Below, piece by piece: positions 45,518 through 54,921 of a DNA stretch of 63,857 bases. Position 1 is the stretch's first letter. Every line of letters begins with the position of its first letter. Source of the stretch: an uncultured virus (IMG/VR IMGVR_UViG_2791355434_000002) (taxonomy: Duplodnaviria; Heunggongvirae; Uroviricota; Caudoviricetes); IMG/VR virus record IMGVR_UViG_2791355434_000002. One strand, written 5' to 3'. The notes under the pieces are model-generated. The model was given only the letters and a program-made list of their open reading frames with translations, had not been told where the DNA came from and did not search any database. The translations under genes and the position numbers were made by a program.

Positions 45518-45997
45518 TCACCGGGCCAGCTGGTTCCGGTTGTTGGCGATGATTCCGCGGGTGTTGCTGGTGACGGTGCGGGTGTCCTGGTGGACGGCAC
45601 CGTGGTAGTGCTGCACGACGGGCTGGGCGACCCGGTTGGCGTCCTTGATCTTCGCGACGAGCCGGGCCAGGGCCAGGGCGGCAACGGCCGGGGAGCCGAG
45701 GATGATGCCGAGGGTCAGCGGGTCGACCTGGCCGACGATCCACAGGGCGCCACCGATGGGCAGGGACGCCACGCTGACGGCCTTGAGGACTCCGCTGGCG
45801 TCGGTAGCCCACTGCGACATCGGAGGCTGCCCCGGCTGCGCCACAGGCGGGGTAGGGCCGACTGCGGGCAGCGGGGCGGGGTCGCGGTACGAGGTGGCCT
45901 TCTCGGCGAGCACCTCATCGACCGCCGCGGCGATCTCACGGGCACGGGCCATGACGGGGTCGGGCTGCCCGGCGACGGGCTGCTCGGGCAGCTGCAC
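45518..45997 (-). CDS. Membrane protein, possible plasmid spread (Spd-like) protein
   Basis: AGGAG RBS; 2 TM segments; downstream of traB. Confidence 0.6.
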   Translation of the reverse strand: MQLPEQPVAGQPDPVMARAREIAAAVDEVLAEKATSYRDPAPLPAVGPTPPVAQPGQPPMSQWATDASGVLKAVSVASLPIGGALWIVGQVDPLTLGIILGSPAVAALALARLVAKIKDANRVAQPVVQHYHGAVHQDTRTVTSNTRGIIANNRNQLAR

Positions 45998-46005
45998 GAG
46001 GGCTC

Positions 46006-46200
46006 CTAGCGGTGGTCGACGGCCCAACGGCCGTTCACAGGGCGGATGGTGAAGCCGGGGCCGGCAATGCGGTTCGGGGTGGGCATGACGACCCCGATAC
46101 CCAGCTGGTCGATGGTGTTCAGGAGGTCTGCGACCTGGGCGGCGTACTCGGCGGCCTGCCGCTCGCGCCGCCGAAGTTCGGCGGGGGTTCCGGTGAACAT
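46006..46200 (-). CDS. Small hypothetical protein
   Basis: AGGAG RBS; 64 aa. Confidence 0.55.
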   Translation of the reverse strand: MFTGTPAELRRRERQAAEYAAQVADLLNTIDQLGIGVVMPTPNRIAGPGFTIRPVNGRWAVDHR

Positions 46201-46207
46201 GGGTCTC

Positions 46208-46639
46208 CTAGTTGATGTGGAAGGTGTCGGGGCGTCTGGTCTCGCGAAGCACACCGCCGTCGATGAGGTCGGTGATGTGGGCGGCGATCCAGGTACGGGA
46301 TCGGCCGATCCGGGGTGCGGCTTCGGCGAGGTCCGCGGTGGTGATGCGGGTGCGGCCGGCGGCGGCGTGTTCGGTGATGAGCCCGTGGATGATCGCGGCG
46401 GCGCGTTCGGGGGTGGAGTATCCGGGCCGGTTCTCGGCGAGGTCATCACGGAGGAACGCGAGGAGCCGGGCTTGCTGCCGGGCGGTGATGGCGTTCGTCG
46501 AGGCGAACGCCCAGTTCGGCGGATACCGGATTTCGAGGCGCGCGATGGGCGGTTCGGGGTCGTTGTCGACGGTGGTCCAGGTGCGGAGTGCTGCGGCGAG
46601 TACCTTGGCCCGACCTCCGTCCGTTTCGGGGCTTTTCAC
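46208..46639 (-). CDS. Hypothetical protein with C-terminal winged HTH resembling the TraB C-terminus
   Basis: RIGRSRTWIAAHITDLIDGGVLRETRRPDTF versus TraB RIGRSRAWVSGALGDLSDAGIHLSETEQPGVY. Confidence 0.6.
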   Translation of the reverse strand: MKSPETDGGRAKVLAAALRTWTTVDNDPEPPIARLEIRYPPNWAFASTNAITARQQARLLAFLRDDLAENRPGYSTPERAAAIIHGLITEHAAAGRTRITTADLAEAAPRIGRSRTWIAAHITDLIDGGVLRETRRPDTFHIN

Positions 46640-46649
46640 GGTTTTGTCT

Positions 46650-46935
46650 CCTGTGTCAGGTTGGGGTGTCACGAAGGGGTCGGTCACGCGCGCGCACGCG
46701 CATGACCTATAGGAATCGACCCTTCGAAGGGCTTCTGACACCGGTTCTGACACCTTCGAGGCGTCAGAACCGTGTCAGAGCGATGTCACCGCAGGTCAGA
46801 GGGGGTGTCAGCGCTGACACCCCCAGGTGTCAGACGTCCGCCATCTCCGGGTACAGCAGCCGGTAGACGCCCGGCTGCTCGGTTTCTGACAGGTGAATCC
46901 CGGCATCTGACAGGTCCCCCAGGGCCCCTGACACC
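46650..46935. repeat. clt-like locus: clustered (T)CTGACA(CC)/(GG)TGTCAG(A) repeats
   Basis: About 10-12 copies in both orientations at the traB 3' end, including palindrome GGGGGTGTCAGCGCTGACACCCCC (46801-46824). Confidence 0.75.
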
Positions 46936-48827
46936 CATGCGCGGGACCTCCCGATGCGCTGCCCCTTCCCAAACGGGCCAAAGTCCTTCGGGCCGATGAA
47001 CTCCTTCTCCTCGGCACGGAACTCGTCGAGCATCACCATCAGTGCGTCCATGCCGGCCTCCGCCGTCTTCTCCTCGATGGGGGCTTGGGCCTGCCCGAAC
47101 GACCACACCTCGCCTACGGGGGCGATCTCCTGGTCGGCGTCGATGTCGGGGACGTACCCGTCGTCGTCGGGGTCGTCGCCGACCATGGCGTCGATCTCGC
47201 GGTCGACCTGCTTCTCCAGCAGCGCCTTCTCCGCCTGCTCGTTGTCGTCCTTGGTCATGAGGACGGGCTCCTGCCTGTCGGTGTCACTGCTGGTCAGGGC
47301 GGTGTCAGTGTCGTATCGGGTGCGGTTGGCGTAGGCGTCACCGGCCGCGGCGGCGGTGACGGGGTCAATGGGGGTGCGAGGCAGGATGGCGAGGGCCCCG
47401 GTGATCTGGTCGTCGTCGATGAGGTAGGTGCGCAGCGGGGTGGCGTAGCGGTCTTCGTCGACGCCGGGGGCGACGAGGTAGGCGTAGCCGGGCTTGCGGT
47501 TCTCCCACGCTTCGGGGCGGGCGCCGGCGTCGCGGACGTCGTCGGGGAGGGCCATGTCGGCGGTGGTGGAGCCCTTGACGCCGAAGCAGAGGACGCCGCC
47601 GAGCTGCTCCCGGACGTCGGTGGGCATGCTGGTGGCGGAGGGGCGTTGGAGGCTGATGATGACGCTGATCCCCGCCGAGCGGGCCTCCATGACGAGGCCC
47701 TCCATTTCGGTGCCGTTGCGGAAAAACTTCGCCGCCTCCTCGATCCACACAATCAGGTACGGCATGCCGAGCTGGTCGAACGCGTCCGGCGTCCAGTTCT
47801 TGTAACCGTGCTGGCCAAGGTGGTTGGCGCGGGCGGTGATGACCTGCGACAGGGCGTCGATCATCTCGTTGCCCCCGGCTTCGGTCATCTCGACCCAGTC
47901 GAGGTGGGGCAGGAACGGGGCGAAGGTCTGCATGCCCTTCGACGGGTCGACAGCCCACACGATGGCGTCGCGGCGGGTCAGGGCTTCGGTGATGGCGACG
48001 GACTGGCCGGCGGACTTCCCGGAGCCGTTCATCCCGGCGGTGAGGAAGTGGGTGGCGTTCCGGCCGGGACCGGCGGGGAACCACAGCGTCGCCTCCTCAC
48101 CGTCCTCGTAGATACCGGGGATGACGGGCTCGGTGATGCTGCCGCCCGGGCTGGAGGGCCCGGGCCAGGGGGTGGGCTGCTTGAGCTCGTCCTTGGGGAC
48201 GACGACGAGGGTGGCGCGGGCGGCGTCGTCGGGGTCGGGGATGACGCGGATGCTGGTCGGGGAGACGCCGAGTTCGCCGGCAATGTGCTTGATGCGGTTC
48301 CCGAGGTCGTCGGAGGTGACCTGTCCGGCGGCGAGCTGGAGGGGCGCGGTGACCTTGTTGGGTTCGATCTTCGGCTTGCCGCGGAGGGCGACCTTGGCGT
48401 CACCGATGGCCTTGACGAGGACACCGGTCTCGGCGTTGCCGCCTGCCTTCTGAGGGTCGACGTTGACGCGGAGGGCCTGGCGGATGTTCCACGACCCGGC
48501 GGCAACGGCGCCGCCGATGACGAGGGTGGATGCCATGGCCGGGTCGAACGGGCCGGTGACGGTGCCGACGACAAGGTAGGAGGTGCCGAGGCCGGTGGAC
48601 AAGGTGGCGTGGATCCGCCTACCGGGCCGGGTTCCTTCGCCTGCCCACCAGGTTGCGGCGGTGAGTACCCCGGCGGCGACGGTGAGACCGATCGCTGCGG
48701 GTACGGAGTCGCCCCAGTAGTGGTGGGCGGCGAAGGTTGCGGGGACCTCGGCGGCGACTGTCAGCCAGGGCCTCATGCGGGGGTGCTTGATGGCCTTCCA
48801 CAGGTCGGCCTTGGGGCTGTCAGCCAC
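46830..48827 (-). CDS. traB: Streptomyces conjugative DNA translocase TraB (FtsK/SpoIIIE family)
   Basis: N-terminal TM helices, Walker A AGMNGSGKS, Walker B LIVWIEEAA, RSAGISVIISLQRP, C-terminal wHTH. Confidence 0.9.
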   Translation of the reverse strand: MADSPKADLWKAIKHPRMRPWLTVAAEVPATFAAHHYWGDSVPAAIGLTVAAGVLTAATWWAGEGTRPGRRIHATLSTGLGTSYLVVGTVTGPFDPAMASTLVIGGAVAAGSWNIRQALRVNVDPQKAGGNAETGVLVKAIGDAKVALRGKPKIEPNKVTAPLQLAAGQVTSDDLGNRIKHIAGELGVSPTSIRVIPDPDDAARATLVVVPKDELKQPTPWPGPSSPGGSITEPVIPGIYEDGEEATLWFPAGPGRNATHFLTAGMNGSGKSAGQSVAITEALTRRDAIVWAVDPSKGMQTFAPFLPHLDWVEMTEAGGNEMIDALSQVITARANHLGQHGYKNWTPDAFDQLGMPYLIVWIEEAAKFFRNGTEMEGLVMEARSAGISVIISLQRPSATSMPTDVREQLGGVLCFGVKGSTTADMALPDDVRDAGARPEAWENRKPGYAYLVAPGVDEDRYATPLRTYLIDDDQITGALAILPRTPIDPVTAAAAGDAYANRTRYDTDTALTSSDTDRQEPVLMTKDDNEQAEKALLEKQVDREIDAMVGDDPDDDGYVPDIDADQEIAPVGEVWSFGQAQAPIEEKTAEAGMDALMVMLDEFRAEEKEFIGPKDFGPFGKGQRIGRSRAWVSGALGDLSDAGIHLSETEQPGVYRLLYPEMADV

Positions 48828-48863
48828 GGGAGTGTCTCCTGATCAGGGGGTGGGGGCTGAGGG

Positions 48864-49451
48864 TTAGCGCCAGCCAAACTTGGTGGCGCGTGGCGGCTGG
48901 TTGCGGCCCTTGCCGACCTTCCGCAGGTCGGACTCGTACTCCCGCTCGAACGTGCCGTACACCATGGCGCTGTACTTCTGGATGGCCTTCTCGGCGGCGG
49001 CAACCTTCTTCAGCCACCGGGACACGCGGCGGGCGCGGGCGCGGGAGCCGTGGAGGCTGCCCGCGGCGTCGGGGATGGTGCGGAGGACGGCTTCGAGGTG
49101 GTCGGCGTCCATGGCCCGCTCGGTGGCCCGGTTCCGGGAGTCCTTGCGGAGGTACTCGCAGAACGCCCGGATGTCCTCGTTCGACATGAAGTCGGAGCCG
49201 GGGACCTTCCCACCGGTACCAGTGCCGGTGCCCGGGGTGGCGCCGACTGTGCCAGCGCCCTGGACGACGGTCTTGTTGAGGGTCAGGCCGACCTTCGGGT
49301 TGAACCCTCCGCCGTTACGCGTCTTCGAGTTGTCGACGCTGCCGGGGTGGGTGCCGTTCGTCGGCGCGTTGCGGGGGCGGGGCGGGGCGGTGAAGGGCTG
49401 GTCGGCCTGATGCTGGGCAAAGTTGCGGACCTGCTCGGAGGGGGTACTCAT
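48864..49451 (-). CDS. traA: Plasmid transfer protein TraA-like
   Basis: Directly upstream of traB; Gly-rich N-terminus, SDFMSNEDIRAFCE...ARARRVSR. Confidence 0.7.
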   Translation of the reverse strand: MSTPSEQVRNFAQHQADQPFTAPPRPRNAPTNGTHPGSVDNSKTRNGGGFNPKVGLTLNKTVVQGAGTVGATPGTGTGTGGKVPGSDFMSNEDIRAFCEYLRKDSRNRATERAMDADHLEAVLRTIPDAAGSLHGSRARARRVSRWLKKVAAAEKAIQKYSAMVYGTFEREYESDLRKVGKGRNQPPRATKFGWR

Positions 49452-50839
49452 CGGGTCTCCTCAGCGCTGATTCGGACGGTCATGGAGCGGCGTGCGGTGT
49501 CGGCCGCGAGGCGCTTCGCGGCGGGGTGGAACGGGGTGCTGTCGCCACGCTTTCGGCGGGGCGGAATGGGCTTGGGCCGGGGCTTCGTGGAAGCAGGGGG
49601 GAGATGGGCGCCACCCTGCGCGTTCTTGCTCTTGCTGAGGGTGCTGACGGGCTTCCTGAGGCGGGCTGCTTCGACCCTCATCTCGGCGGCGTTCCGCATG
49701 CGGATCGTGTCGGCGGACTCGCCCGGATCGGTGCCCTCGACGTTGCGCTTGGCCTGCTTCCAGATGGCCGACGTGATGGTCGTCTCGCCGAGGTCTGCGG
49801 CGAGCTTGAGCGCCTCCTGGTGGACCTTCGGGAAGAGGCGCTTGCGGTCGGCGTCGAGCTTGCTGGCGGCGTCGCGTGCGGCGTTCTCCAGGTGAGCCTG
49901 CCGCTCGGCCTCGAACACCTCCTGCTCGGCCCTCTCCTTGGCCGCCCGCTTGGCCGCCTTCTTCGCCGCGCGCCGCTCCCGCCGGGTGGGCACACCATCG
50001 CGGCGTCGGATGCGCCCGTGCTCGTGGAGGTCCCACACCCCGGGCCCGGCGAGGGACGCAAAAGCGGTGCCGATCGCGGTGGCGGGGTCGAACGCGTCGA
50101 GCCCGTGGACGAGGTTGATCCCGGCGGCGATGAACGCGAACAGCCAGGCGACGGTGCGGTAGTGCCAATGCGGGCGGTTCGCAGCAACAGCAGCGGCAGC
50201 ACCCTTGGTGACGACGAGCGCCGCACCTTCGAGCATGAGCGGGGCGATGACGAGCCATGGGGCGTCCTCGTCCCAGAACGCGGCGATCTGCACCGGGAGA
50301 GCCACGACGGCGCACACGGCGTAGAAGGCGATGGCGTACTTGCGCCACGTCGTGGCCGCCTTGGCGACGTCCGCTTCGGCGGCTGCCGCGTTCTGCTGCT
50401 GCTCCCGGTGGGCTCGTTCGTCGTCCAGCTGGGCTCGTTCGGCTTCGGCGCGCTTCCGGTTGGCCTCGGCAATCCGGGCGTCCCGGGCGGCCTGCTCCTC
50501 GACAGCACGGGCCTGTGCCTTGTCGTTGGCGAGCTTCAGCTTCCGGGCTTCCTCGGCGGCCTTGATCTCGGCGGCCTTGGCCTCGCCTTCGGCCTTGATG
50601 CGCAGGGCTTCGGCCTCGGCTTCTGCTCGGGCGCGCTGTTCTTCTGCGTCGGCGAAGGCTTTGGTGCGGATGGCGTCGGCTTCGGCTTGGGCAACGAGGT
50701 CGACGGCGGGCACGGTCGGCTCGGGCTCGGGGGTGGGCGCGGCGACCGGCTCCTCAACAGGCGCGAGGAGCGTCTGCCACTCCGTGATCACGGGGATGCG
50801 GCGGCGGTGGCCGTTCACCTGGGGCGGGCTGGTCGTCAC
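49448..50839 (-). CDS. Coiled-coil plus multi-TM protein (DUF2637/SpdB2-like)
   Basis: Long Ala/Glu coiled coil, about 4 TM segments (APLMLEGAA, AGINLVHG); coupled to traA. Confidence 0.7.
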   Translation of the reverse strand: MTTSPPQVNGHRRRIPVITEWQTLLAPVEEPVAAPTPEPEPTVPAVDLVAQAEADAIRTKAFADAEEQRARAEAEAEALRIKAEGEAKAAEIKAAEEARKLKLANDKAQARAVEEQAARDARIAEANRKRAEAERAQLDDERAHREQQQNAAAAEADVAKAATTWRKYAIAFYAVCAVVALPVQIAAFWDEDAPWLVIAPLMLEGAALVVTKGAAAAVAANRPHWHYRTVAWLFAFIAAGINLVHGLDAFDPATAIGTAFASLAGPGVWDLHEHGRIRRRDGVPTRRERRAAKKAAKRAAKERAEQEVFEAERQAHLENAARDAASKLDADRKRLFPKVHQEALKLAADLGETTITSAIWKQAKRNVEGTDPGESADTIRMRNAAEMRVEAARLRKPVSTLSKSKNAQGGAHLPPASTKPRPKPIPPRRKRGDSTPFHPAAKRLAADTARRSMTVRISAEETR

Positions 50840-50878
50840 GGCGGGTCAATGTCCTTTCGGGTGCGGGTGGGGGTCGGT

Positions 50879-51169
50879 TCAGGCGGGCTTGGGGATGGCG
50901 CGGCAGGTCTCGGCGTGGGACTGCGCCCACTCGCGGGCGCCCTGGACGGCGGCCTCGGGGTGGTGCTCTTCGCGCTGAACGGTCATCCCCCACACGAGGC
51001 GGTGGTGGCTGTGCTCGGAAGATGCCGGGCAGCCGGTGCAGGTCGCGAGCGTCGCGTAGGGCTGCGGCGGGGTGAGCACGTTGAGCTGGTCGGTGAGGTC
51101 GACGGTGGCGCCGCCGACGGTGAGGTAGCGGGCGATGACGTTCTCGGGCCAGGCGGTCTGCATGGTCAT
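50879..51169 (-). CDS. Hypothetical protein of the transfer region
   Basis: VIARYLTVGGATVD...CTGC...AREWAQSHAETCRAIP. Confidence 0.7.
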   Translation of the reverse strand: MTMQTAWPENVIARYLTVGGATVDLTDQLNVLTPPQPYATLATCTGCPASSEHSHHRLVWGMTVQREEHHPEAAVQGAREWAQSHAETCRAIPKPA

Positions 51170-51180
51170 GGCGGTGTCCT

Positions 51181-51567
51181 TCAGCGGTGGGTGGTCTGGG
51201 TCTTGAGCCAGTTCTCGACGTCGGCGGCGAGTCCGCCGTCGTCTTCCGGCTCGTCCGGTACGGGGTCGTCGTCGGGGTCGTCGCCGCAGCACTGGCACTC
51301 CAGGTCCGACCAGATCCGGCCCGACTGCCACAGCCCGTGGGCCAGGGCGCCGAGCATGTCGAGCGCCCAGAACGGCCCGGCTACGAGCACCGCGGCGGCA
51401 AGGACGTGGTGGCCGACCGGGGTGCCGGCGGAGGCGACAGCGGCTGCGGCAATCAGCCCGGCAGGCGTCCACCGGTGGTGCCCGCGGTTCAGGAGCACCA
51501 TCCGCGGGTGGCGGACCAAGTCCCGGGTCAGGCAGATCAGGTCGGCGATCGGACGGGGCATGTTCAT
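51181..51567 (-). CDS. Membrane hypothetical protein
   Basis: 2 TM segments, CQCC, acidic tail. Confidence 0.55.
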   Translation of the reverse strand: MNMPRPIADLICLTRDLVRHPRMVLLNRGHHRWTPAGLIAAAAVASAGTPVGHHVLAAAVLVAGPFWALDMLGALAHGLWQSGRIWSDLECQCCGDDPDDDPVPDEPEDDGGLAADVENWLKTQTTHR

Positions 51568-51688
51568 GTGGGGCTCCCTGCGGTGGCGTGTTGGCGGGCG
51601 CGGTGAAACTCGTCGGTCAGCCCCGCTCCGACGAAGCTGCTGACCGGGGGGCGGCCCAAGCGTTGGGCCGCCCATACGGGTGCACGAC

Positions 51689-51826
51689 CTAGCCCTTCTT
51701 CTCGTCCTTGGCCTTCTCCTCGGCCTTCTTCAACTCCGCTTCGGCCTTGTCCAGCAGCTCCTTGCGGGTCTCGATGTCGTCCGGCGGAGTCGCCCCTGCC
51801 TGTCCGATCAGGCCCCAGAAACTCAT
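51689..51826 (-). CDS. Small charged protein
   Basis: GAGGAGG RBS; MSFWGLIGQ...KKAEEKAKDEKKG. Confidence 0.5.
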   Translation of the reverse strand: MSFWGLIGQAGATPPDDIETRKELLDKAEAELKKAEEKAKDEKKG

Positions 51827-51843
51827 GTCGTCCTCCTCGTTGC

Positions 51844-52041
51844 TCACTTGTGGTCAGCCGGCGGGTGATCGATGCCGTACCCGCGGTTGGTGTAGCGCGC
51901 CCAGTAGGTGGTGGCGGGCATGTCACCGGACTCGTACTTCTTCCGGTCCGACTCGCTGTAGCGGGAGTCGGTGGTGGTGACGGAGCCGTCCTTGGTGGTG
52001 ACGGTGACGGTCTTACCGCCCTTGCCCCAGCTGAGTCCCAT
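51844..52041 (-). CDS. Small hypothetical protein
   Basis: GGAG RBS; MGLSWGKGGKTVTVTTKDG. Confidence 0.55.
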   Translation of the reverse strand: MGLSWGKGGKTVTVTTKDGSVTTTDSRYSESDRKKYESGDMPATTYWARYTNRGYGIDHPPADHK

Positions 52042-52136
52042 GCGTGTTCTCCATTCGTAGATGTCGGGTCCGGGTGGTTCCCGGGCCTCTCTGCCGCCAC
52101 CAACCGGGGGGTTGGGGGCGACAGGGCGGGCCAGGG

Positions 52137-52316
52137 TCAGGGGTTGTTGCGGTCGTTGAGTTCGTCGAGCCCACAGTCGGTGGCCTGGCGGAGGAGCTGG
52201 GCGATGTCCGGCCGTCCGGCGGCCTCGGCGGCGTGCCGGGCCCGGGTGAAGCTGCGGATCTCGCGCTCGATACGGCCAGTGGTCCGCTCGGGGGTTTCGC
52301 CGGTACGGGAAACCAT
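52137..52316 (-). CDS. Small hypothetical protein
   Basis: TGATG coupling; 59 aa. Confidence 0.55.
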   Translation of the reverse strand: MVSRTGETPERTTGRIEREIRSFTRARHAAEAAGRPDIAQLLRQATDCGLDELNDRNNP

Positions 52317-52615
52317 CAGGCGGCGAGGTCGTGCACGCCGTCGATGCCGTCCAGCTCGTCGACCACCCGGGGCCCGAACGGCTGCGCCGCGTCGTGCTCG
52401 ACCGCCAGGCCGCGCAACCAGTGCCGGGTGCCGTGATCCCCACGGGCCGCCACGTACCGGGTCACGATCTCCCCCGGCGACAAGCCCTCCGCCTCCTCCC
52501 ACGTCACCTCCACGTCGGAGGTGAGGAGCGCCGCCCGCAGGTTGTGGATCTCAGCGGACACGGTGGCAAGGTCGCCGGAGAACAGGTCGGTCACGGTGGA
52601 AACGAACGGAGACAT
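52316..52615 (-). CDS. Hypothetical protein
   Basis: 99 aa; protein-like composition. Confidence 0.6.
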   Translation of the reverse strand: MSPFVSTVTDLFSGDLATVSAEIHNLRAALLTSDVEVTWEEAEGLSPGEIVTRYVAARGDHGTRHWLRGLAVEHDAAQPFGPRVVDELDGIDGVHDLAA

Positions 52616-52861
52616 GGGGGTGCCCTTCGAGTGGGTGGTGGGGTGAAAGAAGGAGTGGGGTGGAGGGCCGCTCCCGCCCGGGACGGGGGGGTGACACCGG
52701 GCAGGAGCGGCAGACTGTGGGGTGCTACTTGCGGCGGCGGGCTTCCTGCCGGGCCAACGTCGCCCGGACCTGAGCAGCAGCCTCGTAGTCGCGGCGGCAA
52801 GCGTCCGGGGTCGCAGGCTCGGAGACGACCTTGTTCTCGCGGGGAGCCTCGGCGGCGGTCT

Positions 52862-53104
52862 TCACTGGATCTCGCCGCGCATGACGGCCATCAGGAAGTC
52901 GTCGAGGACGATCGGGGCGACGTCGGGGCGGGACGAGTCGTGCAGCTCCAGCAGCCCGCCGGAAGCGGCGGTCTCTCGGATCAGCGGGCCGTTCAGGTTC
53001 GACATGTCGACCCGGGCCGGGCGGCGGACGTAGGAGCCGGCCTCGTGGGCGGCACGGTCCGCATCCGAAAGAGGGGCGGGCGGCGGGGAGATCGGCGGGG
53101 TCAT
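52862..53104 (-). CDS. Hypothetical protein (DUF397-like C-terminus)
   Basis: LELHDSSRPD...FLMAVMRGEI; ATGA coupling. Confidence 0.55.
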   Translation of the reverse strand: MTPPISPPPAPLSDADRAAHEAGSYVRRPARVDMSNLNGPLIRETAASGGLLELHDSSRPDVAPIVLDDFLMAVMRGEIQ

Positions 53105-53316
53105 GCCGCCACCTCCGACGGGGAGGACGTGTCGCTCAGGCGATCCGTCACGGCCGACTCGGGGATCCGAATGGAGCCGCCGCCGCCCTCGATGGCGACT
53201 CCCGGCTCTATCGGCTTGCCGTACCTGACGGCGGGAAGGTGGCCGTCGGCAATCCACCGGTAGACGGTCGCGGGATGAACTCTCAGGCGGTCGGCGACCT
53301 CCTTCACACGCAGCAT
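53101..53316 (-). CDS. Excisionase-like HTH (HTH_17/MerR-type) DNA-binding protein
   Basis: MLRVKEVADRLRVHPATVYRWIADGHLPAVR...SIRIPES. Confidence 0.88.
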   Translation of the reverse strand: MLRVKEVADRLRVHPATVYRWIADGHLPAVRYGKPIEPGVAIEGGGGSIRIPESAVTDRLSDTSSPSEVAA

Positions 53317-53478
53317 CAGGTGCTCCCATCGTTGGCTTGATGCGATGTCGCAACCATACAGCTTTATAGCTTAAGGCGGCAAGGTTGCGAGTCCATGCGC
53401 GTCCACTGCGCCACCCGCCGCTCTATGCATCAAGGCTTTAAGGTGGAGGTCAGAGGCCTGCAAGCAAGGAAGGAACTG
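53317..53478. promoter_or_regulatory. Divergent promoter/operator for the transfer operon and GntR genes
   Basis: AT-rich core flanked by inverted repeat TCGCAACC (53348)...GGTTGCGA (53390). Confidence 0.55.
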
Positions 53479-54009
53479 ATGGAAAAAAACTGGAGCAGCA
53501 CCTCACTGCCCTACGTGCTGCCCAAGTCAGACGGCCAGGCGGACGCATGGTCGGACGACACCTCAGGGCAGCGGACATCGCAGCACCTGCTAGAGGTTGC
53601 CGAGGTCACCCCGCCTGCGCGGATCGCTAGCGCCCTTGCCCTGGAGCAGGGCGAACGGGTCGTCGTCCGGCGGCGCCTGATGAAGCGAGGCGACCGCCCG
53701 GTCGAGCTCACGGACTCGTACTACCCACTCACTGTGGCCGCCGGCACCGCCCTCGCCGAGAGGCGGAAGATCAAAGGCGGAGCGCCAACCTTGCTCGCCG
53801 AACTCGGCTACCAGCCTCGGCGCGTCACGGAGGAAGTCGAGACCAGGCGGCCGAGCGCCAGCGAGATCGCATCCCTGGAACTGGAACCCGGCGAACCCGT
53901 CCTCGTCCTATGCCGCCTCACCACAGCACAGAACGGAAGCCCCATGGAGGCGAGCCTTATGACCATGCGACAAGGAGCCATCCTCCGCTACGAAATCGAG
54001 GTGGCCTGA
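53479..54009 (+). CDS. Stand-alone UTRA-domain protein (GntR/HutC effector domain without HTH)
   Basis: PVELTDSYYP...RRKIKGGAPTLLAELGY; paralogous to the C-terminus of the next gene. Confidence 0.8.
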   Translation: MEKNWSSTSLPYVLPKSDGQADAWSDDTSGQRTSQHLLEVAEVTPPARIASALALEQGERVVVRRRLMKRGDRPVELTDSYYPLTVAAGTALAERRKIKGGAPTLLAELGYQPRRVTEEVETRRPSASEIASLELEPGEPVLVLCRLTTAQNGSPMEASLMTMRQGAILRYEIEVA

Positions 54010-54010
54010 C

Positions 54011-54772
54011 ATGGCCAAGCGCGAAGACAAGAGGCCGATCGGTGAGCGCGTCGCCGCCAACGTCAGGGCCCTGATCATGTCGGGTGAGTGGGATCCCGGC
54101 CAGAAGATCCCGAGCACGGACGCACTGATGGAAGAACACGACACTTCCAACGTGACCATCCAACGCGCCCTGGGGATCCTGAAGGCCGAGGGCCTCCTCG
54201 AGGGCAAGGCCGGCAAGGGTGTCTTCGTGCGGAAGGACGCCCCCCAAGCCATCTCCCCCGCCTCCTTCATGGCCCCCTCGGAGTCGGGCCAGCCATACCG
54301 CTGGATCTCGGAGGCGGCGAAGAATGGACGCCGGGCCAGCAATCGGATCCTCGAGGTGGCGGAAGCCGTCCCCCCGAAGCGGGTACGCGAGATTCTGGGC
54401 CTACCGGTAGAGGGCTTGGCCATGCTGCGCTCCCGCGTTGGCCTTCTCGACGACGAGCCTGCGGAACTGGTCGACTCCTACTACCCTCTCGAGCTGGCGC
54501 GTGGCACTCGGCTGGCAGACCGGCGCAAGATTCCAGGCGGCTCCCCGACTCTTCTCGCGGAGATGGGATATCCGCCGCGCGAGCAGGAAGACGAGGTTGC
54601 CGCCCGGCCGGCGACCAGTCGAGAGTTCATCCACCTGGAACTCCCCGCCGACATCGCAGTCATTGAAGTGTTCCGCGTGGTCTACAGCGACGACCGGAGA
54701 CCGATCGAGGTCACCACCCTCGCGAAGCCGTCGCACCTGTTCAAGATGGGCTACCACCTGCCCGTCCAGTAA
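54011..54772 (+). CDS. GntR/HutC-family repressor (KorSA/TraR-like)
   Basis: GQKIPST...TIQRALGILKAEGLL...GKGVFV, followed by a UTRA domain. Confidence 0.92.
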   Translation: MAKREDKRPIGERVAANVRALIMSGEWDPGQKIPSTDALMEEHDTSNVTIQRALGILKAEGLLEGKAGKGVFVRKDAPQAISPASFMAPSESGQPYRWISEAAKNGRRASNRILEVAEAVPPKRVREILGLPVEGLAMLRSRVGLLDDEPAELVDSYYPLELARGTRLADRRKIPGGSPTLLAEMGYPPREQEDEVAARPATSREFIHLELPADIAVIEVFRVVYSDDRRPIEVTTLAKPSHLFKMGYHLPVQ

Positions 54773-54780
54773 GTCCCACC

Positions 54781-54810
54781 AAGCCCCTCGGAGCGAGGAC
54801 CGGGGGGCTT
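54781..54810 (+). terminator. Stem-loop after the GntR gene
   Basis: aagcccctcgg...ccggggggctt. Confidence 0.55.
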
Positions 54811-54921
54811 TGGCGTGCCGCCGGTCGAGCGACACCTTGATACGGATGCGAATAAGGTCTACCGTCAGTGCAAGGCCCCTCTACGGAGCGAGGCCGGGCA
54901 TCCGTATGCCGAGAGGACAAC

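Noticed and set aside
47085..51643. Long plus-strand ORFs 47085..48842 and 49526..51643
   Set aside because: Shadows of traB and the spd-like genes, with no recognisable motifs
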